Shown here in pieces: positions 15,304 to 28,942 of a stretch of DNA of 64,000 bases. The stretch covers positions 10,416,001-10,480,000 of the forward strand of contig OZ024750.1 of the NCBI GenBank assembly GCA_964016885.1, read 5' to 3'. The notes under the pieces are model-generated. The model did no database searches and was not told the origin of the DNA. It saw only the letters and a list, made by a program, of their open reading frames with translations. This DNA comes from Eledone cirrhosa (lineage: Eukaryota). Position 1 is the first letter of the stretch; the number at the start of each line of letters is the position of its first letter. A program made the translations under genes and the position numbers.

Positions 15304-15959
15304 GCACACACTAACACACATTAACAAACACACACAAACACACACTAACACATATATGCACACACTAGCACAGACACATTAACACATAAGCACACACTAA
15401 CACATACAAACACATACACACACTAACAGACACACACAAACACATATATGCACATACAAACACATATGCACACACACACACACAAACACATATATGCACC
15501 GCCACACACATACATACACACACACACTCGCACAGGTTCCACAGTTGCTAACTCAACAAACCGTAGGGGAAACTTTCGACTAAATTCCCGATAGAAATTT
15601 TGTCTTTGTGAGATATTTTTTTTTTCTTCAGGACTTTAGTTAGCATTTGTTGATGATGATTGAAGGTCCTTTAGACCAGGCATGCCTGCTTTAGACCCTA
15701 CTTTTGGTGGACACGATTACCAGGTTTGCTTTAACGGTGGCAAATATGTGTTGACAAACAGATTATCCTCCTCAAACTTTTGTCTAGGGTTCTTACGTAT
15801 ATATATATATATATACGTAAGAACCCTAGACAAAAGTTTGAGGGGGATAATCTGTTTGTCAACACTGATCATCCAGGAGTATGTGAAGACTGAAATCCGA
15901 AGAGGGCTCGATAAGGATAATATATATATCAAATATATAAAAACCATAGAGCAAATATT

Positions 15960-16191
15960 TATTAAAATAACAGATTAAAGTTTAAGCAAAGAATTGCTGC
16001 TTTCACCCTTAACTGGATCTTCTGAGTTTCAGAAGATCCTGTTAAGGGTGAAAGCAGCAATTCTTTGCTTAAACTTTAATCTGTTATTTTAATATATATA
16101 TTTGAATATTTACTCCAGGATCTGTTGAGTGCTCTAAATCAGTTATAAACATTTATATTTGTCGGATTTCCAACAAATTAAATACCCCTTC

Positions 16192-16195
<4 letters not shown>
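15960..16195 (+). mobile_element. Family C fold-back element
   Basis: Palindrome 15960-16094 (loop gtt) with GAA-AGCA..TGCT in the right arm; tail ctccag..tgttgagtgctct. Related pieces at 19240-19302. Confidence 0.65.
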
Positions 16196-16233
<38 letters not shown>

Positions 16234-16738
16234 GTTCCTTTGCCTTTTTAATCCCGTCGTTATTAAACTCAAGGGATATTTAGTTATTTAATCTGTGACT
16301 CACAACCACAATAAGCTGCGACTCGCAACACTTACAGACATATAGACGTTGAAGAGTTAGAATGACACAACATCATCCCAATACGTATTTATCATTCGTA
16401 TAATCACATATACCTTATCACTTTTCATTTTACCAATATATAATTTAAAAACACTCAGATACTGAACAGTCGTGATGACACACCACTACCTAACCGTTTG
16501 GCTTAATCAAACTTATATAAATTTATTCTTTCTTTCTTTGTCATCTAATATTACCATTACCAAAGTTAAGTTGCTAGACAACGTTCTTCTCTATTATCAA
16601 AGAGAGGTGTTTATTATCTTTTAGTAACATTTGCTTCAGTTTAATTGTGTATAAAAGAATAAACTCCCGCAAATAAGATGACAGTTATAATGTACAATTA
16701 AGAAAACAAATATCACACTTACTAGATTTTTATATTAA

Positions 16739-18280
16739 CTAGCAGAAAAACCACCCAACGGGTGGTTTTTCTGCTAGCATGTGTAGTGTGTATATTGATA
16801 TTATACACAGGTATATTGATATTATACGGGTGGTTTTTCTGCTAGCATGTGTAGTGTGTATATTGATATTATACACAGGTATATTGATATTATACGGGTA
16901 GTTTTTCTGCTAGCATGTGTAGTGTGTATATTGATATTATACACAGGTATATTGATATTATACGGGTAGTTTTTCTGCTAGCATGTGTAGTGTGTATTAT
17001 ACACAGGTATATTGATATTATACGGGTAGTTTTTCTGCTAGCATGTGTAGTGTGTATATTGATATTATACACAGGTATATTGATATTATACGGGTGGTTT
17101 TTCTGCTAGCATGTGTAGTGTGTATATTGATATTATACGGGTAGTTTTTCTGCTAGCATGTGTAGTGTGTATATTGATATTATACACAGGTATATTGATA
17201 TTATACGGGTAGTTTTTCTGCTAGCATGTGTAGTGTGTATTATACACAGGTATATTGATATTATACGGGTAGTTTTTCTGCTAGCATGTGTAGTGTGTAT
17301 ATTGATATTATACACAGGTATATTGATATTATACGGGTGGTTTTTCTGCTAGCATGTGTAGTGTGTATATTGATATTATACGGGTAGTTTTTCTGCTAGC
17401 ATGTGTAGTGTGTATATTGATATTATACACAGGTATATTGATATTATACGGGTAGTTTTTCTGCTAGCATGTGTAGTGTGTATTATACACAGGTATATTG
17501 ATATTATACGGGTAGTTTTTCTGCTAGCATGTGTAGTGTGTATATTGATATTATACACAGGTATATTGATATTATACGGGTAGTTTTTCTGCTAGCATGT
17601 GTAGTGTGTATATTGATATTATACACAGGTATATTGATATTATACGGGTGGTTTTTCTGCTAGCATGTGTAGTGTGTATATTGATATTATACACAGGTAT
17701 ATTGATATTATACGGGTGGTTTTTCTGCTAGCATGTGTAGTGTGTATATTGATATTATACACAGGTATATTGATATTATACGAGTGGTTTTTCTGCTAGC
17801 ATGTGTAGTGTGTATATCGATATTATACACAGGTATATTGATATTATACGAGTGGTTTTTCTGCTAGCATGTGTAGTGTGTATATCGATATTATACACAG
17901 GTATATTGATATTATACGGGTGGTTTTTCTGCTAGCATGTGTAGTGTGTATATTGATATTATACACAAATATATATGCATGTAAATATGATACATCAAAT
18001 AAAATCGTAATTGACAATATACACAGAAATTGAACAAAGCCTATGTTACACTGTCTTCTGTAATCAGTAATCCATGATATATTAAAACAAAGACGACATT
18101 ATATATAAACTGCATTAGGAGAAAATTAGCGACGGAAATATATGCGATTATAAGTGTTATAATATAACGGCCGCTAACCGGAAGTGTTGACATTTGATAA
18201 TTTTAAAGAAGTGAATTTTAAAGATTAAGCTATAAAATATATTTAATCAACAGCCACGAAATTTAGCATATAAATTATGT
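16739..18280 (-). mobile_element. Non-autonomous Helitron with an internal satellite expansion
   Basis: Minus-strand 3' end has hairpin aaaccaccc-gtt-gggtggttt, then CTAG followed by T. Body 17960-18230 is homologous to 25700-25812 and 26130-26266 in opposite orientation. 5' end approximate. Confidence 0.7.
16758..17967. repeat. 68-bp satellite with a 243-bp higher-order repeat
   Basis: Unit acgggt(g/a)gtttttctgctagcatgtgtagtgtgtatattgatattatacacaggtatattgatattat; variants of 68, 59, 68 and 48 bp sum to 243. Confidence 0.95.
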
Positions 18281-18285
18281 AATAT

Positions 18286-18583
18286 TCAACTTTGCCTTTC
18301 ATCCTTACGGGGTCGATAAAATAAAGTACCAGAAATACTGGGTAATTGCTGGCCTTGTGCCAAAAGTAGAAACAATTATTATAATTAGCAGTATCGGTAG
18401 AGGGTTGGACGCCATGTTTTCTAGCATAGTTACGTCCCTTTACAGTCTGAGTTCAAATCCCGCCGAGGTTAGTTTTGCTTTTCATCCTTACGGGATCGAT
18501 AAAATAAAGTACCAGTAATACACTGGGTCGATTTCAATGACTTTCCCGTCGCCCTAAAATTGCTGGCATTGTGCCTATAGTAG

Positions 18584-18590
<7 letters not shown>
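18286..18590 (+). mobile_element. Two tandem copies of the same SINE (one partial, one near full length) with a (CAT)n tail
   Basis: Same consensus as 4253-4407. Confidence 0.85.
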
Positions 18591-18631
<41 letters not shown>

Positions 18632-19313
18632 CTTGTATACTATTGAGATGTACTTGTTAACATTGCTTTCTAAAGCGGGGAGTGAATTCTTAGTTTGTTT
18701 AGCTACGGCTTATTACTGTGAAGCATGACACTGTGAAAGAAACTTAAATAGAAAAACAAACATATTCTAGTAACGATTAGACAAACTTTATGATGCTTAG
18801 AGCAGACGTCGTCTACCCAAACACCTGCTGCCTGGGGCCTATCTCTTTCTATTGTATTCTAGTACGAAACAGTCGTTATATTGCTGTAATCTGGCTTTGG
18901 AAAACACTCCTTCTTCACTAATTCGTGTGATAAACACCCATACATTAACATATTGCTAATCACGTACATAACAGACACACAACTCTGTGAAATGTCATTT
19001 TTTTCCTCGGGGCACCCCAAAACACCAATCCAGCCGGCCATCAATCCGACCATATGTAAATGCCTATCTATATATCTATCTATCAATACAATTATGTACC
19101 TGCAAATATATAAACATGCTCATCCACAGCACACACACACGCACAAGCATACACACACGCTCTCATATATAATATATATACATACATACACACACTCACA
19201 CACACATATATATATATATATATATTTATTTATTATAAGAACAGATTAAAGTTTAAGCAAAATAAAGTTTAAGCAAAATAATCGGTGCTTTCACCCTTAA
19301 CGATTTGGTCTAC

Positions 19314-19364
<51 letters not shown>

Positions 19365-21024
19365 CCTTATCGAGCCCTCTTCGGAATTTAGTCTTCACAT
19401 TTATTATTACTATGTATATATACACACATTAAATCAGATACAATAAAAAAATATAGTTAATTAGTTAGAAATACAAAATCAATAAATTCAGTTTGATTGC
19501 GGAATATTTTTGATGTTAAACTTTACCCTTGGCTGGAGAAGAAGGAAAATGGCGACCACAGTAGATTGTGAAGGGGCTGGGGTGTGACTGGTGAGTGACA
19601 TAGGATTTAATTATTTCCTGGTGAAGATAAATAGATGCATTTTAAAATGCAATGTTACTTAAGCATAAAATCACCAGAACAACTTTACACGTTCTGATTA
19701 CTTTCCGAGGTATTTGATATTTAAATGGAGGTTCAAGAGAATTTGGAGAATGACAGCTAGGGGAAAAAAAACCTTTACTTATTTGTAAGTATCTACGTTT
19801 ATGTAGACATATGCAAACACATTTACCCACATAAACACACGTCTACATACACATACTGAGGAAGAAGATATACGTGTTGGTGTGTATCAACGTTTTGTGC
19901 ATGTGTGAATGAGTTGGGTTAAGCATATAATTAAAGCTTTAGTATAGTTTCATGGTAGAATCCGAGTGAATGTTAGCGATCATCATTGGGAATCAACTAG
20001 AAGTTGTGATTGAAATGGAAAATATATAATAAATACCTGCAAGAGACCATGTATGGATGTTAATATATAGTTACCTACTTAATTTATAGTACACGACACA
20101 GATAATTTGAAATGTAAAGCAGACATTTTGTTTTTAAAAATAAAACATACAATTTTAACATCGCTGTAAAATATAAACAAAATGGTTACAGAACAGATTT
20201 TATCTGGCTGTTGGCAGAAAATATGGGACCGTTTTGATTAATTTCTAATCTTTTGAGGACATTACAAGAGAAGACATAGCTATCGTCTCTCCACTGAAAT
20301 TAATATATTTAAAGCTATTTACAGTATATATAAACAAAGATGCAATAATTTTCTGGCAATGGTGGTTAGTTTATTCATCCATAGTGTATTACACATTTTT
20401 GAATAATTTCAAATATAAAATATACTTTTTTTAATAAATATATAACTTCGCTAACTTATGAAATAAAGATATATTCGAATAATTTTATTACGTTTTGTAT
20501 GTATGTATGTGTGTGTGTGCGTGTGCGTGTGTGTGTAAAAGGTAAACAGAAATAACAACACAATCGGTACAGTATATGGAAGGAATATATTAGGTTAACT
20601 CTACTTCGGTATTGAGAACTTTTCCTCGTGTCGGTCAATAATACATGGGTATATATTTTTATTTTCTCCTTTTTTTTTTACAGGTCTTTCAACTGACCAG
20701 TGACCACTAACAGCGGTTATTAATAAGCTGTCAATCATCAGTGCCTCCACCGTCATCGCCACCACCACCACCACTGCCACCAACATCACTATAACCACCA
20801 TTGCTACCAATACCATTACAATCAACATCACTATTATCACCACCACCACTTCTCTTATTCCCAACCCTACCACTGTTACCAACACTATTACCAATACTAC
20901 CATCACAAAAACTACAACCACAACCTACCACCACCACCACCACCAGCACATTTTACCTAAACCCTACCACCACCAGTACCATCACAAAAACTACAACCAC
21001 AACCAACTACCACCACCACAGCCA

Positions 21025-21520
21025 CCTTCTACCTAAACCCTACCACTACCACCATCACAACCACCTTCTACCTAAACCCTACCACCACCACCATCACCAT
21101 CACAACCACCTTCTACCTAAACCCTACCACCACCACCATCACCATCACAACCACCTTCTACCTAAACCCTACCACCACCACCATCACCATCACAACCACC
21201 TTCTACCTAAACCCTACCACCATCACCATCACAACCACCTTCTACCTAAACCCTACCACCATCACCATCACAACCACCTTCTACCTAAACCCTACCACCA
21301 TCACAACCACCTTCTTCCTAAACCCTACCACCATCACCATCACAACCACCTTCTACCTAAACCCTACCACCATCACCATCACAACCACCTTCTACCTAAA
21401 CCCTACCACCATCACAACCACCTTCTACCTAAACCCTACCACCATCACCATCACAACCACCTTCTACCTAAACCCTACCACCATCACAACCACCTTCTTC
21501 CTAAACCCTACCACCACCAC
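21025..21520. repeat. Variable 30-42 bp minisatellite
   Basis: cacaaccaccttctacctaaaccctac(cac/cat)n; all length variation is in multiples of 3. Confidence 0.9.
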
Positions 21521-21570
21521 CACCATAAAAACTACCCCACCCCCTTCTAACAACATTAAACAGTGTTTTT

Positions 21571-21677
21571 ATGGTGTTCACTAATTTAGCCACCATTGCT
21601 ACTAACCACACTAAGTCCATCGAAGCTGCCACCTTCGCTGGTACGAAGTTAACAGAAATAGAAACAACTTCGACATT

Positions 21678-21729
<52 letters not shown>

Positions 21730-21921
21730 ACGGCGGGGGTGGCGGTGGCGTCGACGGTGGATGTCCCTTTGGTGGCGGTGGGGACGGAAAAGACAGAAAT
21801 CAAAGAGGAAAGAGGACTAGAAAAGTCCTCTTGTGACGTCAGTGTTTCTAACTACACTGTAGGATCAAGTTTCGATACCTTCTTAACACCAAACAGGCCA
21901 ATAAAAATGGATATTGAAGAG
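21571..21921 (+). CDS. Candidate first coding exon of an unidentified spliced gene (117 aa, poly-Ala tract)
   Basis: Mixed-complexity ORF ending at GAG|gttag. Strong upstream acceptor at 20683 and donor gtgagt at 19591. Possible downstream exons 23575-23664 and 25301 onward. No recognisable domain. Confidence 0.3.
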
Positions 21922-22288
21922 GTTAGAAATTATCTCTTTATTTATATTTTCTTTTGCAAGGTTTTTGATATGAAATCGTGTGTTGAAACAAATATTGTTA
22001 TATTTGGGGAGGGTCATATTGTTATAATATTGCCAGAAATAATAACAGAACATACTCACTGTTTGGTTTGGGTTGGTTTTCGCTTCTGTATATTTTATAT
22101 CTCCATAGTTAATTTATTTGGCAAACAATGTTTATCATTGATTGACCAACGGTTAAAAATACAGATATAAATATATATATAGTCTATCAAAGTTCTTTCG
22201 TCACACATCTGTGACATCATCAGTGGGGCTATTATGTTTCCTACCGTTGTATTGTAATGCCTATGCCAAATGGCGAAAGAACTTTAAT

Positions 22289-22349
<61 letters not shown>

Positions 22350-22951
22350 ATTTTTAACCGTTGGTCAATGAATGATAAACATTGATTGCCAGATAAATTA
22401 ACTATGGAGATATAAAAGATACAGAAGCGAAAACCAACCGAAACCAAACAGTGAGTGTGTTCTGTTATTATTTCTGGCAATATTATAACAATATGACCCT
22501 CCCCAAATATAACAATCTTTGTTTATATATTTCTCCATTTTTTTTCTTTTTATATTCTGAATTTTATATTTATTTTTGTTAATTATCATTTATGACGTTT
22601 ATTTGTTGGTGCCCTCGAAGGGTGGTTCAGGATTGGTGGGGTAACTGAATCTACCCTGGGTGGTTATCCGCCCTATTGGTGAATTTTCATTGTTGTATTT
22701 TTCTTGTTCATTGTTATTGTTTTCCTATTTTTTTACTCTGGTTTTCGCTTCTGTATCTTTTATATATCCATAGTTAATTTATTTGGCAATCAATGTTTAT
22801 CATTGATTGCAAAATAAATTAACTATGGATATATAAAAGATCATTGATTGCCAAAACCAACCCAACCCTTTATTATCCCCTATATGTCGGTCCTTGTGGC
22901 CAATAAAAGAAACCATTAATTTTATTAATAATCTCTAAAAGAGAAATGTGT

Positions 22952-23116
22952 ATTGTAAAAAATTCAAGTGTCTTTTGTGGTTATGAAAACAGAAAAGGGA
23001 AGGGAAAGGCCAGGGATCTAGGGTTACAGAAGAATCGGGAAGGGGAATGGTCTCTGGGCCTAGGGCGCGGTGGGATTGCGGCTGCACCCCCTGTGAACAA
23101 GACTACAAAAGCATTT
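22952..23116 (-). mobile_element. Second copy of the CRE-like 3' end/UTR
   Basis: Colinear similarity to 3847-4020 (attgtaaaa..attcaag..tctttt..ggttatgaa..ctaggg..tagggcg.ggtgg.attg.ggctg..caaaagcatt). Confidence 0.55.
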
Positions 23117-24687
23117 TGATCCTCTCCTTCCTTGTTATAAAACATGGCCGCAATGATTTGACACTAAGATTGAGACCAATCTTTAGAAACTTTCTGTGTT
23201 TCAGTATGGCGGTCGATATGGCATTTGTTATTGAGGGTAGGATATATACATCACCACCACCACCACCAGCATGAATACCTCCCACCATCACTACCATGAC
23301 TACCACCACCATGACTAGCCACCCCACTATCACCACCATCATGACTATCCCCCACCATCACTACCACCATCAGCACCAGCATGACTACCCTCACACCATC
23401 ACCACCACCACAACCACCCTCGACCACCACCACCATGACTACCCCCCACCATGAACACCACTACCACCCTCTCCACTACCACCACCACAACCACCCTCGA
23501 CCACCAGCACTACCACCCTCGCCACCACCACTACTATCACTTCCAGCACATACACGACACCACACCGCCACCAGGTTCCTATTCTCGTCAACTACGCCGC
23601 TCTACTGACTAAGAGGGTGTCATATACCATTATGGACAGACAGTGGACGGTGGTCAGTGGTGGGGTGAGTTGGGTGGGAGGTGAGGGACTGTACGTGAGT
23701 CGTTCCTTGCTAATCACATACAAATCTACTTACCTGTGCCACCTCTAACCTACTTAAACACTTCAGCTCACCCACCACCACCGCCACCACACCAGCAGCC
23801 CGTCTTCAAACCTAACCCATCTATCATCATCATCGTCATGGTCATCATCACCATTACCATCATCATCAACACCACCAACACCATTACCATCATCATCACC
23901 ACCACCATCGCCATCAACACCATTACCATCACCACCGTCAACACCACCACCAACACCATTACCATCACCGCCACCAACACCATTACCATCACCACCGCCA
24001 ACACCACCACCACCACCACCAACACCATTACCATCATCATCACCACCGCCACCAACACCATTACCGTCACCACCGCCATCACCGCCGCTAACACCACCAC
24101 CACCACCACCACCACTACCACCGCCACCAACACCATTACCATCACCATCACCGCCACCAACACCATTACCATCACCACCGCCAACACCACCACCATCACC
24201 GCCGCCAACACCACCACCATCGTCAACACCACCACCACCACCACCACCACCATCAACTAAATACCTCAGCAAGTCCTACAAACCAACGTGACTATTGATT
24301 TGGAAAAGTGATTGACGTTCCAACATACAGTGACACGGAGACATTTTGATAAGCTGGGTGACCGGGGGGTGGGTGGGGGGTGAGGGGTGGAGGGGGTAGC
24401 AATGGTGTAGTGGGGGTGGTGAAGGTAATGTTCGGAAGGTGAGGATACCATGAATAATGATGATGATGATGAAGACAATGATGATGTTGGGGGTGAAGAA
24501 GGCAAAGAAAAAGGCAAAGAAGAAAAAGAAGGCAAAGGCAAAGAAGAAAAAGAAGGCAAAGGCAAAGAAGAAAAAGAAGGCAAAGGCAAAGAAGAAGACA
24601 AAAAAGGCAAAAAAAAAAAGAAGTCAAAAAAGAAGAAAGAGAAGTTAGGCGGGCTCGAGTTACAATGGTGACGCGGGGTATATAATA

Positions 24688-24748
24688 ATAACTGTTTCTA
24701 CTTTAGGCACAAGGCCAGCAAACACCCAGTACATTACTGGTACTTTAT
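24688..24748 (-). mobile_element. SINE 3' fragment
   Basis: tgtttctact..ggcacaaggccagcaa..cccagtacattactggtacttt is the reverse complement of the SINE 3' end. Confidence 0.7.
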
Positions 24749-25142
24749 GGGTAGATAATAATAACAATAATGATTTCATTTATTGGCCACAAGGGCCGAC
24801 ATGTTGGGGACAGTACAAAGACACGGACAGTGGGGGTTTACAATAAGTTCGGGTAAAAGTGTACAAAGTTTACAGTTTAGTACATTTGAGCCAATTGTAA
24901 TAATTAGTTTATCTCAGTTTGTTGTTTTTGGTGATGATAATGATGATGTTGTTTAGCCCCAGGATGTAACTCAGATGCGACACATCTGTTTTGTCAAAGT
25001 ACACAACCGAGCGAGTGGGTGTAGTTTATAGATCCAGCGCCCTGATAGAGCACGGTATATCATAGAATGAAGGCCGAACATTGGAAGAGTCGTTAGAACG
25101 TCAGATATAATGATTTGTAGTATTCATTCCGGATCTCTGCTC

Positions 25143-25258
25143 TCTGAGTTCAAATCCCGGATCTCTGCTCTCTGAGTTCAAATCCCGTTGAGATCAACTT
25201 TGCTTTACATCCTTTTGAGGTGGATAAAACAAGTACCAGTCTACTACTGAGGGTCAAT
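25143..25258 (+). mobile_element. Diverged SINE copy with a short local duplication at its 5' side
   Basis: tctgagttcaaatcccg occurs twice, then tcaactttgcttt.catcc..gataaaa.aagtaccagt. Confidence 0.7.
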
Positions 25259-25649
25259 TCTTCCTCTGTATCTCTTCTTCACTTCCTCTGTCTCTCTTAG
25301 TATCGGACAGCAGGATGTGGAAGACCCAGAGACATTAGACATATTTCAAAGAAGACGAAATAGTTACGACTGGAATACATTTACTCGATCAGAGGTGACA
25401 CGAGATTAAACATTAACAACAAACAGACATTTATCAATAATAAAGTATCTATGACACTACACGACAGTGGGAGTTCGGCTCTTCCACGTTCGAACCATAT
25501 CCTTGTGGTTGTATTCATTATCTATAGAGCTCATTCTATCTAAACTATAATAAAGTAAGGAGTGTGGGACTGCGTCCAGAATATATATATTTTGTAAAAT
25601 AAGTTGGATTACTTTGAATAAATAATGAAGGAATATTACATAACTTATC

Positions 25650-25987
25650 TACTAAATTTCGTTATTCTTGATTAAATATAAATAATATTGTTGTTTATTT
25701 AAAGATTCATTTCTTTAAAATTTTCAAATGTCAACACTTCCGGTTAGTGATCACTTAAATAAACATTCATATATTTCTGTCACTAATTTTCTCCTAATGC
25801 AGTTTATATATAACTAGCAGAATGGCCCGGTGTTGCTCGCGTGAAGGCGTTCCCTGGCAATGAACGGAAAATAGCGAAGAAAATACGTCATCAATGAGAA
25901 CCATGTTTCACATAATGTCGTAATACAGACAGATATTATAAGGGCGCGACCTTATAGCTATGTATCTATCTAAAACGACAGACTAAT

Positions 25988-26069
<82 letters not shown>

Positions 26070-26266
26070 AGCGCCTAACACGCCTTTAACAACAGAAAAT
26101 TGAAAAATAAAAGCTGCAGTTAATTTTTCGTTCAATTTCTGTGTATATTATCAATTACGATATTATTTGATGTATCATATCTACATGTATATATACTTGC
26201 GTATAATATCAATATACACACTACATATGCTAGCAGAAAACCACCCTTTGGGTGGTTTTCCGCTAG
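25650..26266 (+). mobile_element. Second copy of that Helitron, interrupted by a nested insertion
   Basis: Ends aaaaccaccc-ttt-gggtggtttt-ccg-CTAG|T at 26266. 5' boundary approximate. Confidence 0.7.
25814..26115 (-). mobile_element. Nested Helitron-like insertion containing (GA)n
   Basis: Minus-strand end cgcgagcaacaccgggccattctgCTAG|T; this segment is absent from the 18 kb copy. Confidence 0.5.
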
Positions 26267-26870
26267 TTAGTCTAATGACTGACAACTGGATTCCATTGAC
26301 TATTTTAGTCTCAGACACACACACAGTTTCACAGTCCCACTAAAACAAGTAGAATGAAAAATCGAAACGGAAATGACGAAATGAACTTAGTTTTAAAGCA
26401 GTAGTGTAGGGGGAAAAAGACTAAGTGATTCTAGAACGAACAAGTGCAATTTACCAAATACTGTGAACAGCGTCTTTAAGAATCTCTATGGAATTCCGAT
26501 TCCGAGATATTTTAGTCACGTTGATTTAGTCACATTGAAGTAGTTAATTCACACTCAAAGAGAATTTCCTTGTCATAAAACTCTAGTAACTCAACTATTA
26601 ATATATTTATTATCTTGTCTAAAGATTTATTCAAAGAATACATTTGCATATATTAAATACCCAAATGGACATCATGCATTCTTTTTTCGTCTATTTTTTT
26701 TTGCCTCTGCTTTTTTTTTTGTTTCTTTATGTCCTATATACAACTTTACAGCTTCCATGTCTCCCATACATTACCTCTCTCTCTCTCATATATATATATA
26801 TAATCCTCCCCCTTCTCTCTCTATATATATATATAGAGAGAGATAAAGAGATAGAGGGGGGGGGGGGGTA

Positions 26871-26906
<36 letters not shown>

Positions 26907-27292
26907 TTGGTCGCCAAGTATGAACTTTGTAGAAATTCGTTTTTTTTTTTCTACAAATTTCATACTTGACGACTCAATATATATATTTCTATTTTTTTTA
27001 GCTCTTTCTTTGTTTCTTATAGTTGTTTACCATTCTATCTCAATCATACGCCCCCCCCCCCCTCACACGCACGCTCTCTTGTTTCTAATAACTCCCGTAA
27101 CAACAACATATTCCTGAAATATTCATACTATTACTCAGAGATAGATCTAGTGAATTGGATACTCGTTTTTCAAAAAACAATTGTCCCTCTCATTTCTTCA
27201 ATAATGTGACTGACGAATCAAAGAAAGGAAACGAAAAAAAGAAAAACAGACCCTAAAATATATATTTTCCGTTCTATTTCCAACTCCTCCCA

Positions 27293-27329
<37 letters not shown>

Positions 27330-27330
27330 C

Positions 27331-27465
27331 GTTATTCCGGGTTGAATCGGAGGTAACCACAGTAAGTAAGGTACTCAATACATAGCAGAGTATAAAAGTT
27401 TTAATATAGATGAGATTCTACAGGACTAGAACTGTTTCATTCATTAGAAATCATCAGGAATCTGG
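27331..27465 (-). mobile_element. Family A element (HHR plus 3' tail) in a (TA)n tract
   Basis: Reverse complement of the tail seen at 54815-54897. Confidence 0.8.
27413..27463 (-). ncRNA. Type I hammerhead ribozyme, family A, complete
   Basis: Minus strand: agattc-CUGAUGA-uuuc(uaau)gaau-GAA-ACAG(uucuaguc)CUGU-A-gaaucu. 6-bp stem I, 4-bp stem III, GUA cleavage triplet. Confidence 0.85.
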
Positions 27466-27488
27466 GTATCAAAAAATAAAATTAAAAA

Positions 27489-27532
<44 letters not shown>

Positions 27533-28585
27533 GGTTAAAAAATCCGGGGAAATACTACTATGAATGGAAAAAAAGGGCCAGTGACAGCTATGGCGATTCG
27601 AATTTCGTATTTTTCAGAGAGAAAAGGAAAAAGGAATAGATAGATGACTGGTGGAGCTCAAAATGACATTCCGAAAGAGAACAATAGTTTATTCATCCAT
27701 TCATCCAATATATATTTGAGTAATGGTTGAACTAGTTTATTACTGGTTCTATCCTGTTACACGCACACACACATATATATATATGATAGATAAATGTAAT
27801 AAATATATAATATCGACAGATGTGGAAGGTAATAGTAACGAGGCCGTAATGTCAACGAGGAGCCGGAGAAAGTATGAAAAGAAAAAGAAAAAGGAAGGGT
27901 AAAAGAAGAAGGAAGGGTAAAAGAAGAAGAAGAGGAAGAAGGAGGAAGAGGAAGAAGGAGGAAGAGAAAGGGAAATGGACGTAAAAACGAAAAAAAAAAA
28001 AACCAAAAAGAGAAGAAACAAAGCACCCCCCCCCCTACAAAATGGAGACACGGAGAAAGACGAGAAATTTACTGCAGTGGTGGGAGTCACTTATGGCATT
28101 TCCTGGTGGCCAAATACGACCATGAAATATGACACATGCTTGACCAGGTCAAAACAATTGTCCAGTGCCCAGTTACTTACCGACATCAGATCTGTTTTCA
28201 TGTAGAATCCATTAGACCCTTCTTATTTTATTTTATGTGTGTAATGGCGTCAAATGCCTGTTGATTTTTCTTTATCAGCCATTTTATTGTGCCTTGTATC
28301 TTTGAAAAAGACGCTCGTTAGACAAACAACGAACGCTGTTACTGTTTTATTGTTCCGAGTTTTATGGGGGAAGATCCAGACAAGCTCATGTATAATTCAT
28401 TACTTAGCAGCAAAGCAAATATATACAAGCAAACAGAAGTATATAAAATAGATGTTCAAGTGTCTGCGTATATATATAAATATATATATATATATACCTT
28501 CACACAAATTTAAATACATGTGTATGTATATATCGATGTATGTGTGGGTGTGTATGTACGTATATACATATACTATACACACAGA

Positions 28586-28648
<63 letters not shown>

Positions 28649-28942
28649 TATGTGGGGGTGTAGTTAGTTAACAAATAGATAGCTGGAAGGAATCTACTGT
28701 ATTAGGACCTGGAGAGGAAATGGGCTTCGCCAGGTATAAAAAAAAACCCCATAGAAATATCGTATGCCAATACAGCGTCCCTACGACTCCCCTAGGAGTT
28801 ACGGGACTAAGAAAAAAAAATATTGATGACAATGACTTGAGGCATTTTGTTTCAACTATTTGCATTCTGAATTCATAGTTGCTCACGACTTTCATATCTC
28901 CGAAGTGAATGTGGTGTTGTTTAGTCCAGGTTAAATCTGATC

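Noticed and set aside
16758-17967. CRISPR-like array
   Set aside because: No unique spacers, no cas genes, eukaryotic context; it is a plain tandem repeat. The same applies to 28943-29686.
21025-21520. Telomere-like TAAACCCT repeats
   Set aside because: One heptamer per minisatellite unit, not a tandem telomeric array.
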